Source: Trichoplax adhaerens (Eukaryota; Animalia; Placozoa). Taken from it: a DNA stretch of 64,000 nucleotides. The notes below the pieces were generated by a model that was not told the origin of the DNA, did not search any database, and saw only the letters and a program-made list of their open reading frames with translations. The DNA lies in contig NW_002060943.1 in assembly GCF_000150275.1 (NCBI RefSeq), positions 6,378,299-6,442,298 on the forward strand, read 5' to 3'. Positions 13,159 to 26,649 of this stretch are shown here, piece after piece; within the stretch, counting starts at the first letter, position 1, and the number at the start of each line of letters is the position of its first letter. The position numbers and the translations under genes were made by a program.

Positions 13159-13894
13159 CAAATATCGAAACTAAAAATATTCAAATTGTGCAGAATCATT
13201 TATTGCGACGGGAAATGCTTATTGAAATTTAGAGTCACATTTGAACAATTGTCGATTCTTAAAAAATTAAGCTGCATAACACTACCGTTCAAGTTGAACT
13301 TCTTCTTGCTACCATAAGGGTATCTGTAATGAAGGAGATATTATTCCGTTTAGTAAAAGGATACTGATATCATGACAATAGTATGCTATCAGTTATGGTA
13401 ATAAAGGCTATTATTTGCATTCGAAAGCGGATGGACCTATATACGTAGTACAATACGTTCTATTTAGTTAAAATCAAAAGTTATTACATAGTAAAATTTA
13501 TCTTAATTACAATTTTGAAATTTAGTTCGCGAAAGAAATACCTTCATTGCTCTTTAATCGCTTTTAATCATTGACATAATCTATCCAACGGCTTGTTCCA
13601 AATATTGAGGAATGAAGAAATAGAAATACAAAATCTTTTATTCTTAATTCATCTAGCTAGAGAAATTAGCAACTTGCAATAAAGTCATATTTGCTAATAA
13701 AATAGATGTATTACCGGTTTTAAAATTTTTATCTAATCTTGCAAATAAAGCACTATTGGTAGTTACGAAATAGAAAGATTATCTCAGACCACTTTCTTCA
13801 CAGATACCCCGTAAATCTAATCTCTCTCTATTTGAATGTAGACTAATTCTCACCATAATAGCTAGCCATATATTATTCGCTACTACTATAATAC

Positions 13895-14482
13895 TGTTAC
13901 GGAGCCATGCTCCGAAATATTAATTGCTATGTTAATTAAAATATCTCATTTAAATTATTGTTTGCTCCAGTAGCTTATTAGATATTAATGTTTATTAATA
14001 AGTTTTTGTTCAATATTGTTGACGTGTCGGAGCTAGCACGCTTAGTCTGTAAACCTTAATTAATAACACCTTAAGTGTAAGATCAATTACTTTGCAGAGC
14101 CTTGAGGCTCTAGTTGCTATACTAGGATATGTGTACTGAACACTGTACAGTGTACGCCGCTATTTCAAGAATATTCACAAGTGTACCATCGGCGAGACTA
14201 TAAAAAGCGGAGCACTGGCTTAGCTTCTCAGTTCCAGTTAGTCATTTGCAGGATCTTTTGACTATTATTGCTAAGAATATTCTTACGTTTTTCTTTAGTA
14301 CATTTTACGACTAAGGTTAACGAAAATAAAGTATAGTATTTAAACCTATTACTAAATAGTAGCTTTTTGTGTAGCTGAGAGTTAGTTCACCTACGATAGG
14401 TCCCTAAGTTAGTTGGGAACACAAGTACTAGTGAAGATAGTGTTTAAGACCCGGTTTCTTGTTACAAAGGAAAATTGTAACA
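13895..14482 (+). mobile_element. Solo LTR, family B
   Basis: 588 bp with perfect terminal inverted repeat TGTTAC...GTAACA and 5-bp TSD AATAC (13890..13894 and 14483..14487). TATAAAAA at 14199, AATAAA at 14325. Confidence 0.85.
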
Positions 14483-15032
14483 AATACCTAAGAATTATAA
14501 TACGCTGATAATTTCTAAGAACGCAGCAACATAGCTAAGGATCAAGTAGAAAGGCTAGTATGTTAGTAATGCTATTTGCTTAAAAATCGTGAGAGAAAAC
14601 CCTATCATAAGTCAATTACAGCTTCATTTCTAACGGATAGCCTTGCAGTTTGTCTGATGCCTTGATTAATTGCCTAAGCTACATTAATAGTATAACCATT
14701 CATTAATATCGTACTCTTTATTCAAAAATCTTGAAATCGTTATTATTAAACACTCCAACAATAATTACGCGTATAGCTTTATCACCAGCTGATAGTCCAC
14801 CAAATAATCATATACAGTCGATCATCAATGCTTCTATATTATTCCCTAGATAATTTCACGCTCGTTGTTCAAAAATATCACCATTTAAATGACTTTTAGA
14901 TCAGAATTGGTCCTCGATATACGTTAGAAATGGTCATTATCAATCATCTAACGTAGTTAGCCACATAGTACAGTAATTTAGGCATTTATTTACTTAGGAT
15001 ATTCAAGAAATGGAAAAATTTACTGCTGGACA

Positions 15033-15515
15033 TGTAATGTACAGTATTAAGATTGTAGTATGCTTGTGGCATCTACTTAATATAGACATTTTAATTCGTC
15101 CTTAAACAGAGATGCCTTTACAGTCTTATCGCACTGTAGACAAATTTTATTTGTCATGCTTCGTTATTTATAGCACTTACAGTCCTCGCCGTTTTCTATA
15201 ATTATTTGCTATAGCATAGGCTATTATGGATATGTTGTATCCAATTCTATAATCTCGTTCTCTGCAAGCATCCTACCTCTAAAGCTATAAATGCTAGCAA
15301 TTTCTGCCTCTGATTCAGTTAGTTGCAATATAGTCACATTGTAGACTATTCTCGCTAAACTGCACGTTAGCTTGCTTATAGGCTGCTCTACGACAAATGC
15401 CACACATTTGGAGTTTGTAATAATGAAGCTATTTTTACACATGGCGCATTTGTATAAATCTTCAAACGGCTACTAAATCTACTTACGCTGAATTATCGAA
15501 CCACTTAGGAATACA
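15033..15515 (+). mobile_element. Diverged solo LTR related to family A, opposite orientation
   Basis: Collinear similarity to the reverse complement of 5790..6275 (e.g. TATGTTGTATC.AATTC..AAT, CTATAAAT, ACTAAATCT...TATCGAACC). Similar length (~483 bp), TG start, no clear TSD; the right boundary is approximate. Confidence 0.7.
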
Positions 15516-18500
15516 TTGCTACATTAAAATTTAAAGTAAAATCTAGACTCTACAGCTATCCAATAGATGTGTAGGTGGATTATAAGTTAAAGGTTGAGTA
15601 CATACAATTGAGAGGTGTTCGGTAAATAATCAACAATTTCTTGAACTTTTTCAATAGTTTTCATTTTTCAGCATCATATTAGATCATCATTGCTCATCTA
15701 TGGTTTATAACTTGCTTTCCCAGATGACAATATATGCAATAAGCTGTGCTTGTATATGGTCTTATCTATCTGTATTATTTGGCTACAAGTAGATAATTCA
15801 TAAAACAACTCAATAAAGTTTGCTTTAGTTCAATAGTTCTTGCAACTAAGCTAACAGCTTGAACCCTAAAATTTCTAAGTTCTTTACCCTCTTTATTATA
15901 TAATAACTATAATGTAACGGAATAACACTTTCTTAAATCCTATATAGGAAACTTCTCTAAATGGAATAATTTGCTTCTCAGCTTTGTAATGTTACTCTAG
16001 ATTGTGTTGCTGAAGTAGATCGGCTCTCGAGGCAAAATCCGGGCAAAAATAAGTTCATGCAAATTTTATACTGAAGGAAGTCAAACTCCAAGATTTTTCA
16101 ATAATGTACGGATTGATATCGCATTAATGTAACTAGCTTGCGACCTGAAGTATTCAATACGATTCTTACAAACTTTGGATATTTAATTAAAGCCTGTGAT
16201 TGCTTCAATAGCTGACATTATATAACCGTATTTCATTCTAGTTCGATATTTTACCTACAAATGCATACGATAATTACCGAATTTTCGTATGAAAGTCCTT
16301 TTATTAGTATTACACTATAAAATATTGGAAATATAAGTTTAGATTATTATACGTATACTCCTCCGTTTACGGAGATAAAGTGTGAATTTAGTTAATCTTA
16401 TAAATACATGTGAGCCAAGTTTCTGGAATTGGATCAATTTTAGTTATCGATCAACATCATCTACACTTTTACCGTGTTGGTCCTTATACAACTATATTGG
16501 AATAGTATCAGAACGCACAGTATGTAATCATTGCATTGTGATTATATAGTGACTATATAAGATTCAAGGATTGGCATTTCTTATGGATATTCATTATTTA
16601 CTTTAGCGACTTCTACGTTCTCGTTGTTGTAATCTTGTGCGTTGCTGAAGGTAAACATTGACCATTACTTCAATATATATCGGCACATGTTGTTTTATAG
16701 CAACGGTACTTACTAATGAATTGTAAATAAATATGTCTTGCAATGCAAGTCTATACAGTATTATTATCAGTCTTACGATTCCATCGAATAGTTTTCATGC
16801 TATAGTTCAAGTTAGGGTACTGCTGATGAGTATGATAATCCCAACAGTGGTACTGTAAATATTTTTACGCTGGTTTATGTTTGATCTACTCGATATTTTG
16901 TTAGTAGACTGCTAATATTTTTATTGCCATCGATGCACTGAAGATAAAGTTAAAGAAAGACTTTGCTTGATTTATTGTGATTTTCTACTCGAGAATCCTG
17001 ATCGTCGCGTTTCGACAGCTTTTCACATCGCTATTTTTACTGTTATATTAATACATGTAAAACAACCCAACCTTTAAAAAATTAGTAGATATGATGGACA
17101 ATCTTTTACAATTTAAATTAGCTCCGATTATAATGCTACTACCCTTAGCGGGAGGGGAAATTAGCCAACGAGTCTGGAAAATTTTCTTAAATTTTATACT
17201 GAGTATATAGTGCCATTAGAAATTGACGGTAAATTTTAAGGATACTATCATATAAATTGCTCGCTAATCTATTAAATTAGCTAGCAATTTGTGCGTCTTA
17301 ATACGTCAATAAAGCAAAATAATTCTCTTTACGATCTTAAATTTATCCTTTGGACGCTTGAGTTAACTATAGAAATTATAGATTTAAGTTCGGTTAGATG
17401 AAAATACTGTAAAATACCTATGTGATGGATCAAACGGTCGGAATATTCATAGATAATACATACATTAAGTACGATACTATATCATCGTATGCATCAAAAT
17501 TGGGGTGACAAAACACAAGTCATCACTGGTTTTCTTTTTTTGTAAAAATAGAAACATATTAAATTGATTCATGATGATGCTAGATGGAAATTCAAGTGTA
17601 CAGTATACTTACAGTATATGGGTAAAAATCAATTACATTGGGCAATAATATTGGTCAGAGCTGATTTCATACGACTAGATGGAAAAATTGAAATGATGAA
17701 ATTTAGGTACAGGGGAAAATTCATCGGAGATCAGCTAAACTATGCGAAAGATATCCAGTTATGCTATATTATTATTTCTGTGAAGTAACCCAGCTCAGAG
17801 AGGAGGTAAGGGTGTTGAAAATTTGGATTATTTAAGTATGAAGGTCGTTTCACATCTGGTAAATAGACATAATGCGTCATACGACTTGAAGTTGGTAGAT
17901 TTACCTTAGTCTGGATAATGATGATCCATTCGCATAATAGTCATGATTAAGTTAGTCAATTGCAAACATATGGTCCGAGGTGATTCATATGTTAAAAAAA
18001 TTACACTGAGTCATGCACTAGGCTTTTTTCTAACGTCAGTTATTGTGGCAGACAATGCGACAAGACTGTCTAGTGCTAGTTTAATCAGTAATGTATGAAA
18101 TTGGGAAGTATTCCTAAATGACGATGAATCAAATTTAGCTGCAGGAAAACGGTTACATCAACTCAATAAATTCTATTCTGGTTTATTAACTTACCATTGA
18201 CGTCGATTTAAGTTATCTGGAGAACGCAAACTGTTAATCTTATGTTAATGAAATAGACAAAGTGGTTTATAACAAATTAAAAAAAGCAGACCGGTACTGT
18301 TATTATCAGAACATTTTGAAAATTGGCTTAGTGAATATCCATTCGAAGGGTGGAGTGGTGCTATTATAAGTAAGGAGAAATTACTTTCAAGAAGGCTATA
18401 CCCAAGTCAGTGCGATATTTACGGTAAGTAAAATACTCTAAGTAGATCTTATTTTGTTGAAGGCATGGAAAGAAGATTTATTTAAATTGAAAGAGATAAA

Positions 18501-19949
18501 CGACAAAATCAATAACCCCACAGTTATGCTTGTTGTAAATGTAATACATAAGAGTGAACGCATTTGGTTAACTAAATTCTCCTAACTACACTAGATCATC
18601 ATTAATTTCTGACCATCGTAAAATACTGTTTAAGATATGATTTGTACTTTTAGTATCGAGCAATATCTGCTGCAACAAAGTTTAAAAATCATTCTTAATA
18701 AAATAGAATAAACTTGGCAGATTATGATTATCAAGGCCAATACTCTATTTGATATTGCAGTTACGTAAATAAGTACGTATTAGTGCGTGTTAAATTGAAT
18801 GTAAATTAATAAGCTTTCTATGATCTAGTTTAAAAACCAGTGCTGAATCTAGTGTACTAAATCAAAGGCATGCAAGAATAAAAGTTAAATTAGAGTACGC
18901 TATCAGATTTTTGCATTTATCATTGAATTAAGAATAGCACTTTGTTAGAGGTTCGGATATATCAATTATCGGCTAGTAGACTATTTCTGAAATCAGTTTA
19001 TCCATATCTAGTTCTTAAAAATTTACTCGATATTCAATTAAAAACATATACGCGTGAGTGATTCACTATTGAATGTTATAAAATTTATTCAACTCTTTCT
19101 TACCTTAAATATCGTACTTTACACTTTATGACTACCTTATTATGCGGACCTCTATACAAGTATTACTATAATGAATAAATCATTTAATTCTGTTGAAATA
19201 GATCGAATATTTATACCACTAGTATATTTAGTAATTTCAATTGGTGCACAGTATTGATAAAAGGATGTTCTATGTAATTATGATAACGTGAATTAAGCTT
19301 TTAGTCTTTCACTGTACTACAGATAGTGGCCAAATGTAAAATACGTATGAAAACACCAAAATCTAAACGCATAAGCGGATTTAAAGATTACTAAACTGGT
19401 CTGATTAATAGATTTTCTACAAACGAGTATCTTTCTACCACAAGCAATGAGGCGTTTTCTTAGTAAATATTAGCCGACGACATATTTGAAAATATTGTTC
19501 GAAACAGCCTTGTAAAATTGGCTGTTCTGAAAATGTTTACGTTGTTAAAAGACGCGTTAGGAGTAGAAAGAGAATTAAAAGCTGAAATAGTAGGTAGATT
19601 ATTAATAGAAATACCTGCTCGTATAATTTTTAGTCGAGAAAAATAAGATTAACTAGAATAGAAGGCGAAATGTCGTACGTTTAAAATAAGTTAAGGTGTA
19701 GGCAATTATCCATTTGGCGATACAGATACTTCATCGTTAAGCCTAGTTTAAGTTTAGACTAGCTCAATATTGATCCAACTATTCGTACATAAAAAGGCTA
19801 ACATATAACTCCGCATTCATTTCTAAAATTCTCTTAAACAGTTTTCCAATACGGAATAACTGATGTTGCATGACCGATTTGCAATGAACTTAGGTTACTT
19901 TTAATATCAGTAAACTCAAACGTTAGATGAAATCTACTATTAAAAAGAA

Positions 19950-22350
19950 AGTAATTAAATATAGCTAGTGAAATATCTGATAGTCAACATTTAATATATT
20001 TCTTTGATCATCCCTTTAAAATCGAATGACTACTGTTAAGCGCTAGATATTGAAATACATTTCATCGACTGTTCCTTCTTCACACCCTTTAAACCGTAAT
20101 GATCAAATTAATCTATAGACTGCGATAATTTTGAATTTAATGGGTCTTTTATATTAGAATTGACTCTTTGAAAATTAGAAAATTTATATTAGTACATGAA
20201 TTATGGGCATTTGCCATTTTTTATGATATCTTTCAAAGGTTTAGGACAAGTTTGAAGAACCTAAAGTAGGTTTACTTTTTTGCTAAGGACGCCCAATTTC
20301 AGGGAATGTACTATTAAAATTGAATAATTAAAAATTTGTAGTATTCGATAGTATAGACTACTGATATTTCCCTCTATCGTTTATTAATCTCGATGAGGAG
20401 CTCAGCTTTGCCTGAAATGACTTTCTGAGGTTAATAATTCTAATCATATGCGCATCTCATATTTGGAATACACTTCTGAAAATCGGACAAATGAAGGATT
20501 GGATAATAAAGATGTCGACTTATGTCATTCACCATTTTCTTTATGATATTCCCTTAAACGTTGTAATCTGTAGCTTTTGATCGAGATCACCTAATTTTAC
20601 TAAGAATGATAAAAATCCCGAAGGTAGCTCCTGTTTAAATTAAATAACTGAACATTATATAATGAAATGCGTAACATTCAGTATTTCTTTCTATCGTTCA
20701 CTAAAATTTTATGACTAATTTATAAAGTCTAACGGTCGCCTAATTTGCTGCTAAAGTTTCAATTCTTATGGGTACTTTGCGTTAAAATAACTTCGGTTCA
20801 GTTAGAATAACCAAATCCTCCTGACGTTTACAGAATATCTCCAATTGTTTTTAATAATTTCCGATCACCTTTTTGCTATCAGAAATCAAGACGATTAAAC
20901 TTAGATACTACGTCCTTGACCTTAGTAATTCTGTCAATTCATTCATTTCCTATAAGAATAGAAGACGATACTTTATAATCAGCTCTGAAAGAAATGCAGC
21001 AATACTTATACGGTAACAGTAAACATTGATACTATGTCGCTAAGAAATGATTCAATCCCTGTTAAGGTCTTAGCGATGATATTATGTAAAAATTGACGAT
21101 ATTTGATTTCTGGTAAGACAAAGTGAAAAGTAGTGCCATTAGAAGGATACTTCCTTACAAAAATAAAATAAAACTATCGAAGATTAAATCTTCTGGTTCT
21201 TGATTGTGGCATTGTTGTATGAGACGAGAACATCTATAAATTTTACTATTTTCTGTTTGAAATAAATTAGCTTTACCATGAATTTTACCACTTCGTTGGT
21301 TTTATCAGAGTTGATTAGTAAATTTATCAGAGTAGAATTAGATTTTATTTTTCCATGTGCTTTAAATCAGAAATATATCGAAAACAATTACTCTATTTTA
21401 TTTCTATTACTATCAAAACACTGATGAATTGACGATGATTGCAGACTTGCTAATTAGTCAAGGAGTCAACTCGTGTAGCAGAAATAATCAGTCATCGCTA
21501 TAAGCACGAAAAATGAGCTGACATTTGTTGTATATTCTAAGCTTATTCTCACGTGTAGAACATTAGTTACTGGTCAGAAGGAGAACATGCTACTGATTCG
21601 GTCAAATAGAATATACTATGGAATATTAATTGCCTTTGCTTCTATTTCGGTCGTGATATTACTCAATGGTTAAACTTAATTCAATTAATTAATCTCTGAA
21701 GGAAAATAACTTGTATTTTATGCGCTCTTTATCGCGTTAAAATTAGAGTGGTACTAATAAGATTCATTGACATCTGTTCGTACGATGATTTTATTTGTCT
21801 TTAATATCTCTAGCTGAAAGATTTTCCAATGCAAAGGAAAGTCATTCCTTCAATACTGTAACGATAGGATGATTAATTGTAGCCATTTTAGATTTATTAC
21901 CATGATGAATTCGGAATAATGACGTATTCTTTTATTAATTTTCAAAATTAAAGCCATGGTGAAATTTGATGATGGCTAATTGTCAGAGGCATAGTTTCGA
22001 TAATTTAATTAACGGTAGCCAATCCATTCTAATGAACGAGTAAAAGAAGAGCATAATTCTATTTTGGCTTAATAGGAATACAAATTTAGAATTGGGCGTC
22101 CTTACATTCGTAATTTTATCGCTTAATTTCAGTCAGCAAGTTAATTTTAGCATTAGCTTTCATCGTTTATGAATATAAGTACCACGGAAATGCAGCTAGC
22201 ATGGGAGGAAAATTAACCATCAATTTATTACAGCAGCAAATAATAGCCTAAAATTGGTAGTTTTGACAATGCCGATAAGTCGAAATATCAGTAGTAATTT
22301 CAGTTCTACCAAACCTTAATCGCATCTATTCATAGTTAAGCGACTTGTAA
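19950..22350 (+). pseudogene. Decayed LRR-containing class A GPCR (LGR-like) relic
   Basis: Ordered motif remnants in shifting frames with many stops: LRR-like FKGLGQV (20232), LPEMTF*G (20408), YVLDLSN (20909), LKEMQQYLYGN (20985); hinge WHCC (21207); TM2 ADLL (21441); ECL1 W (21571); TM3 SLAERF (~21816); TM4 G*LIVAILDLLP (21867). Boundaries are approximate. Confidence 0.5.
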
Positions 22351-23176
22351 TTGTACTGTGCTCTTTAATTCTAACAGACCAAAAAAGAAGGTATTTCCAC
22401 TTTATCACATCTAATTTAGATAACGTCTATTTTATCTAAATAGATATCATTTATCTTCAATTCTCATAATAACTGTACGTCTTATTAATACTGTAGTATG
22501 AGACAGATACGCTGTAGTAGTGTTAACAATTTTAAGATAAGTGCAGCTTTAAGTAATCATTTGATTTTCTTCCTATCGCGTAATAAATTTCATGCTAAGT
22601 GTTATAGTTTTATAAATTTAACTTTACGTCTGATATAGTATTAACTCATCTACAGTATAGCGTTAGAAAAGTTGATGTTTGATTTGCTGCTATCAGTCCA
22701 TCTTATTGATAGAAAGTTGCCTTTATTATCTATAAAATATTACCCTTTTAACTCTATATTTAATCAGTATTATTGTGAACGCAGTTTAAAGCTCTTATTG
22801 ATATTGTTGCTATTTACGTCATTCTTAGCTTGAATAATCCACTATAAATATTGGTATTAACGTTTGCCAGTTCAATTCAATAAAAGTTCTATACTCTATA
22901 AGTGATGCTTGAACTCGTTCTTGTAAGATAGGTCTATACATACATTCTAGATACTACTACGATCGGATACGATAAATACTAGAATTAATGCTACCATTTA
23001 AGTTAGTAGCTCTGTGTACCTTATACGAGATGACTACAAAAGAATACGTTAAGTATGGATATGTGCAGCCTTTAAGCATTGCTATAACAGGAATAATCAT
23101 ACGCTACTATCTTATTTTATTATAAACTGTTATTTTACAGGGCAATATCGTAATCTAATTCCCTTAATCAATAAGC

Positions 23177-23235
23177 ATGGCTGAGAGTGAAGAAGAAACC
23201 TTACAGCGATTTTTGGCAAGCCTTAGTAAAGAAGG
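23177..23235 (+). CDS. Orphan coding exon MAESEEETLQRFLASLSKEG; candidate alternative first exon of RASEF
   Basis: ATG, open frame and strong donor GG|gtaagt in phase 2, the same phase and ...EG ending as RASEF exon 1. An upstream acceptor ttttacag ends at 23140. Confidence 0.45.
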
Positions 23236-25998
23236 GTAAGTCATTTCCTTCTTACTAACTTAATATATGAAAGTAATTTGCAGTATGGGAATCAAGTTAC
23301 TAGAATAATCAAAAACAAAACTGAATAAAATTTTTGCGTTCGATCGCCAACTGTGTAGATAGAATTTTCGGTTAAAATGCTATTAGTTTTCGCTTTAATG
23401 CTCGGCATCACTTCCATATTTTAATCTTTGCTGATGTGCATATAAGAGGGAAACCGGCATTTCATAAGTATTTGTTAAAATACTCAAGTCTGCTATGCCA
23501 ATCGTTAAGAATTGAGGTTAACCAATTTTCGATAGATTATTCTTATGATAGTAAAAATATCGAATTAAAATAGCCTAAACTGGAGTAATAATTCTATCAA
23601 AACGATCTTGCAATGAAATTTCAACTTTGTTATCGAAATTATAATTTCGCAATCGGTAGGTCCCCATTCACGAGATGCATTTAACATGAGCAAAGCTATT
23701 TTAGTACTAATGTCGTGATGGTTGTAGTAGCACATTAATATTGTTTGAATGATCCCAACAATTTCCATATCCATCGGATCTCAATACTATGAATTGCACT
23801 CTTGATCTAAATAATTTCAGGGTTGATATCTTGAAAATTAAAGTACTAATAGCGGGTTAAGTTCATAAATTTTTAAAGGATATTTTTTGCAAGTATTACA
23901 AGTGATTTATATGTATATCCTATCATCAATGTTAATTACATTAGGCTATGGGGTTTATTAAAGGTTGAAATTGAAATTTAGATTCTTAAGATGCTAGATT
24001 AACATTTACCTTACCAGATATTTATTTTTATTAAGAAAATAATTTGTCGCTTCTTTAAGTTATGGAAATATTCGTATGGATTATATAACATGGTATTTAA
24101 ATGTTAACACCAATTTTTTGGAAATATGCTCATAAGTTTTTAAAAATAGTAACAATGTGAAGAACTATCCAAGCGGTATACTAATCTGTAGCAAGAATAT
24201 CAAATTGGTACTACTGTACCATGCTATGGCACTCCTAAAAATAGCTTATATCTTAGGAATGCATTAGCACTGCTATGGACTACTAATAGCTCATAGTCTC
24301 GTTAAAAACAAATCGTGGACAGTATTGCATAGTAACCTAGAGTAGAACTAAACTTGCTATATTCGTATGCGTTTAGCACTTTATCACCGGGGAATTACTT
24401 AAATTGGCACTGATGAATCTAATTTCTTGGCATGAGTTAAGTAAAATCTGAATCGATACTATAGGCTTGATTTCATATCCTCATTTAGGACATCGTAACA
24501 TACGCACAGCTTTGGTAATTTCAGCTTTGTAATAATCCATGTGTGACCATTATTTTAATCTGTACGAAATTGTAGTATCAAGAAATATCCATGAAAGGGG
24601 CCACAATTGCGAATGATAAACCCATAATTTATGATTACATATGTCACGATCATATTACTACTGCTTAATGATAAGATTAATCATGCTTTATCGCTTAGCC
24701 CTATAATAGCAAGCTCTACTGACGTACTCTGTATTATCACTCTTCACGAATTGAACAGCTGGTATAAATTGTGCTTCAACAGCGTTAACATAAAACTAAT
24801 ATCATGCCGAATTTTTAATTGAACTTCTTAATTCTCAACGGATTCAAGGGAACAATAATTGATCCTCTATTCAAATTCAAAGACATTCTATTATAAATGG
24901 ACAGACATCATGCAAAGCTAGAGGAAAACAACTTTTGACAACTTGATACTGTATAGATTCTTTAGTGAGGCTTATAAAGTTACAACGTTACTGTTGAGGA
25001 AATACGCATTTATGCATTCATTTCCTTTCCATTGATTCAATCTAGCTCATTGCCTATTAAGTACTGTACAATATGATGTTTACTATATTGATTTTACAGA
25101 GTTACTGGGTACCATATGTAGCAATCATGTAAAGAACTAATAGACAAAGAGGAAATTGAATCTAAACGCCAGACATTTGATGGGTAATGACTTCAGAATA
25201 GCCTTATATCACTTTAGCATATTATTCCCTTGAATTAATATCATGTGTCTACTACTGTATATATAGGCTTTACTAATAGAAGTTAAAAATTAAGATAACT
25301 TTAATAGCAGTAGAACAAGACACAAGGGATAATTAATATAGCTTATACCCGTAGTATATAAAATTACATTAGATTTACACAATTTCTATGTAAATAAATT
25401 TCCGTTGCTTTTAGGGAGCAATATTTAATTTCAATTATATACGACTTTCGTTATAAAATAAATGCGGTAAGGCTGGGGATAGGTTATAATTGATTTCAAA
25501 ATTATGCAATTCAGTAGCAAAACTTGAGTTATAGTACAGTATAAGCTATTCAGAGGTTAGAATATTGCAATGATGCTTCGTTGTAGATGAAAAAGTGTGC
25601 AAAATTGTCTGAAATCGATAAGAATCGCATACTTTTCGATGCTTATAGTTTGGGACCAGGGTCTATAATTCATTCACTTGCATACGTCAATGAATATTTA
25701 AAACCAAAATTTTTCGATGAAGCGTTGAATCTTCACGAATACAGCTGTTATTCCAACTATAATTTTGTATCGTCGTATCTTTCAGAAAACTTAAAATGGT
25801 CCAATTGTTGCTGTTAGATACGTTAATACAAAAATATCCTGTTCCGCTATGCCTTAACTTCAACGTTTATATTTACAAGATAAATAACTGATGAAGATCT
25901 AAGGAGTATTTTATTATCTAATGAAGTATAATGAACCGATATCCTTAGACTACTTGGAATTTAACGTAAATCTAGTAGCATAATACGTGTATCCTTAA

Positions 25999-26139
25999 TG
26001 ATGGTTACCTTTAAATGCGTCAAAGTATTGTGTATTCCGATACTTTTAGTTCTAATTTCACTATCTTTGTTGATGGTTACCATTTGACGCCGCAAAATTA
26101 TTTAATATTTCGATAATTTTAGTTTTAATTTCCTTATCT
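25999..26139. repeat. Degenerate 72-bp tandem duplication (2 copies)
   Basis: TGATGGTTACC...TTTTAGTT.TAATTTC..TATCT occurs at 25999 and 26071. Confidence 0.7.
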
Positions 26140-26649
26140 ACGTCCAAGGCAAAGTAAAGAAATGTAGGGCTTGATATTCATTTGGCTAAATCTGTTGTCG
26201 TGTTTAGCATTAAATTATTCTGTACCCAGCATTAGGGCACTACAATATCTACACCAGTATCTGCGGAAGCTTTCACATAGTTCAATGTTGATTGATTAGA
26301 TAGTGATATCTCGAACTAAAGGTATCTAGGCATCATCCACGCAAAACAGAAAGGGTAAAAATAACCTATCCGTGTTTACAAATCAATACGAAAGTGGCAA
26401 TAGGATAAAATATTTGATTTGCATTCGTTGTATTGATATTATAAATCCCATCAGTGAGAAAAAACAACCACTAACCCGTTCGATAAAAAATTGACTGTAA
26501 ACTAATGAACTATTAAAATTGTCATATTAACAAAGCCACAGAAGTATCAGATGAAGATGATGATTAGAAAATAGTTTATTGATCGAATGACTAACTGCAT
26601 ATCAACGGTTATTAAAAATTCTTTTGTCATTGAGGATATTTGTTTAAAA

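Noticed and set aside
15224-15442. 72-aa minus-strand ORF
   Set aside because: Lies inside the diverged solo LTR.
25587-25817. 76-aa ORF ending CCC as another lipidated exon
   Set aside because: Not a CaaX box, no recognisable homology, and I found no phase-compatible upstream exon.
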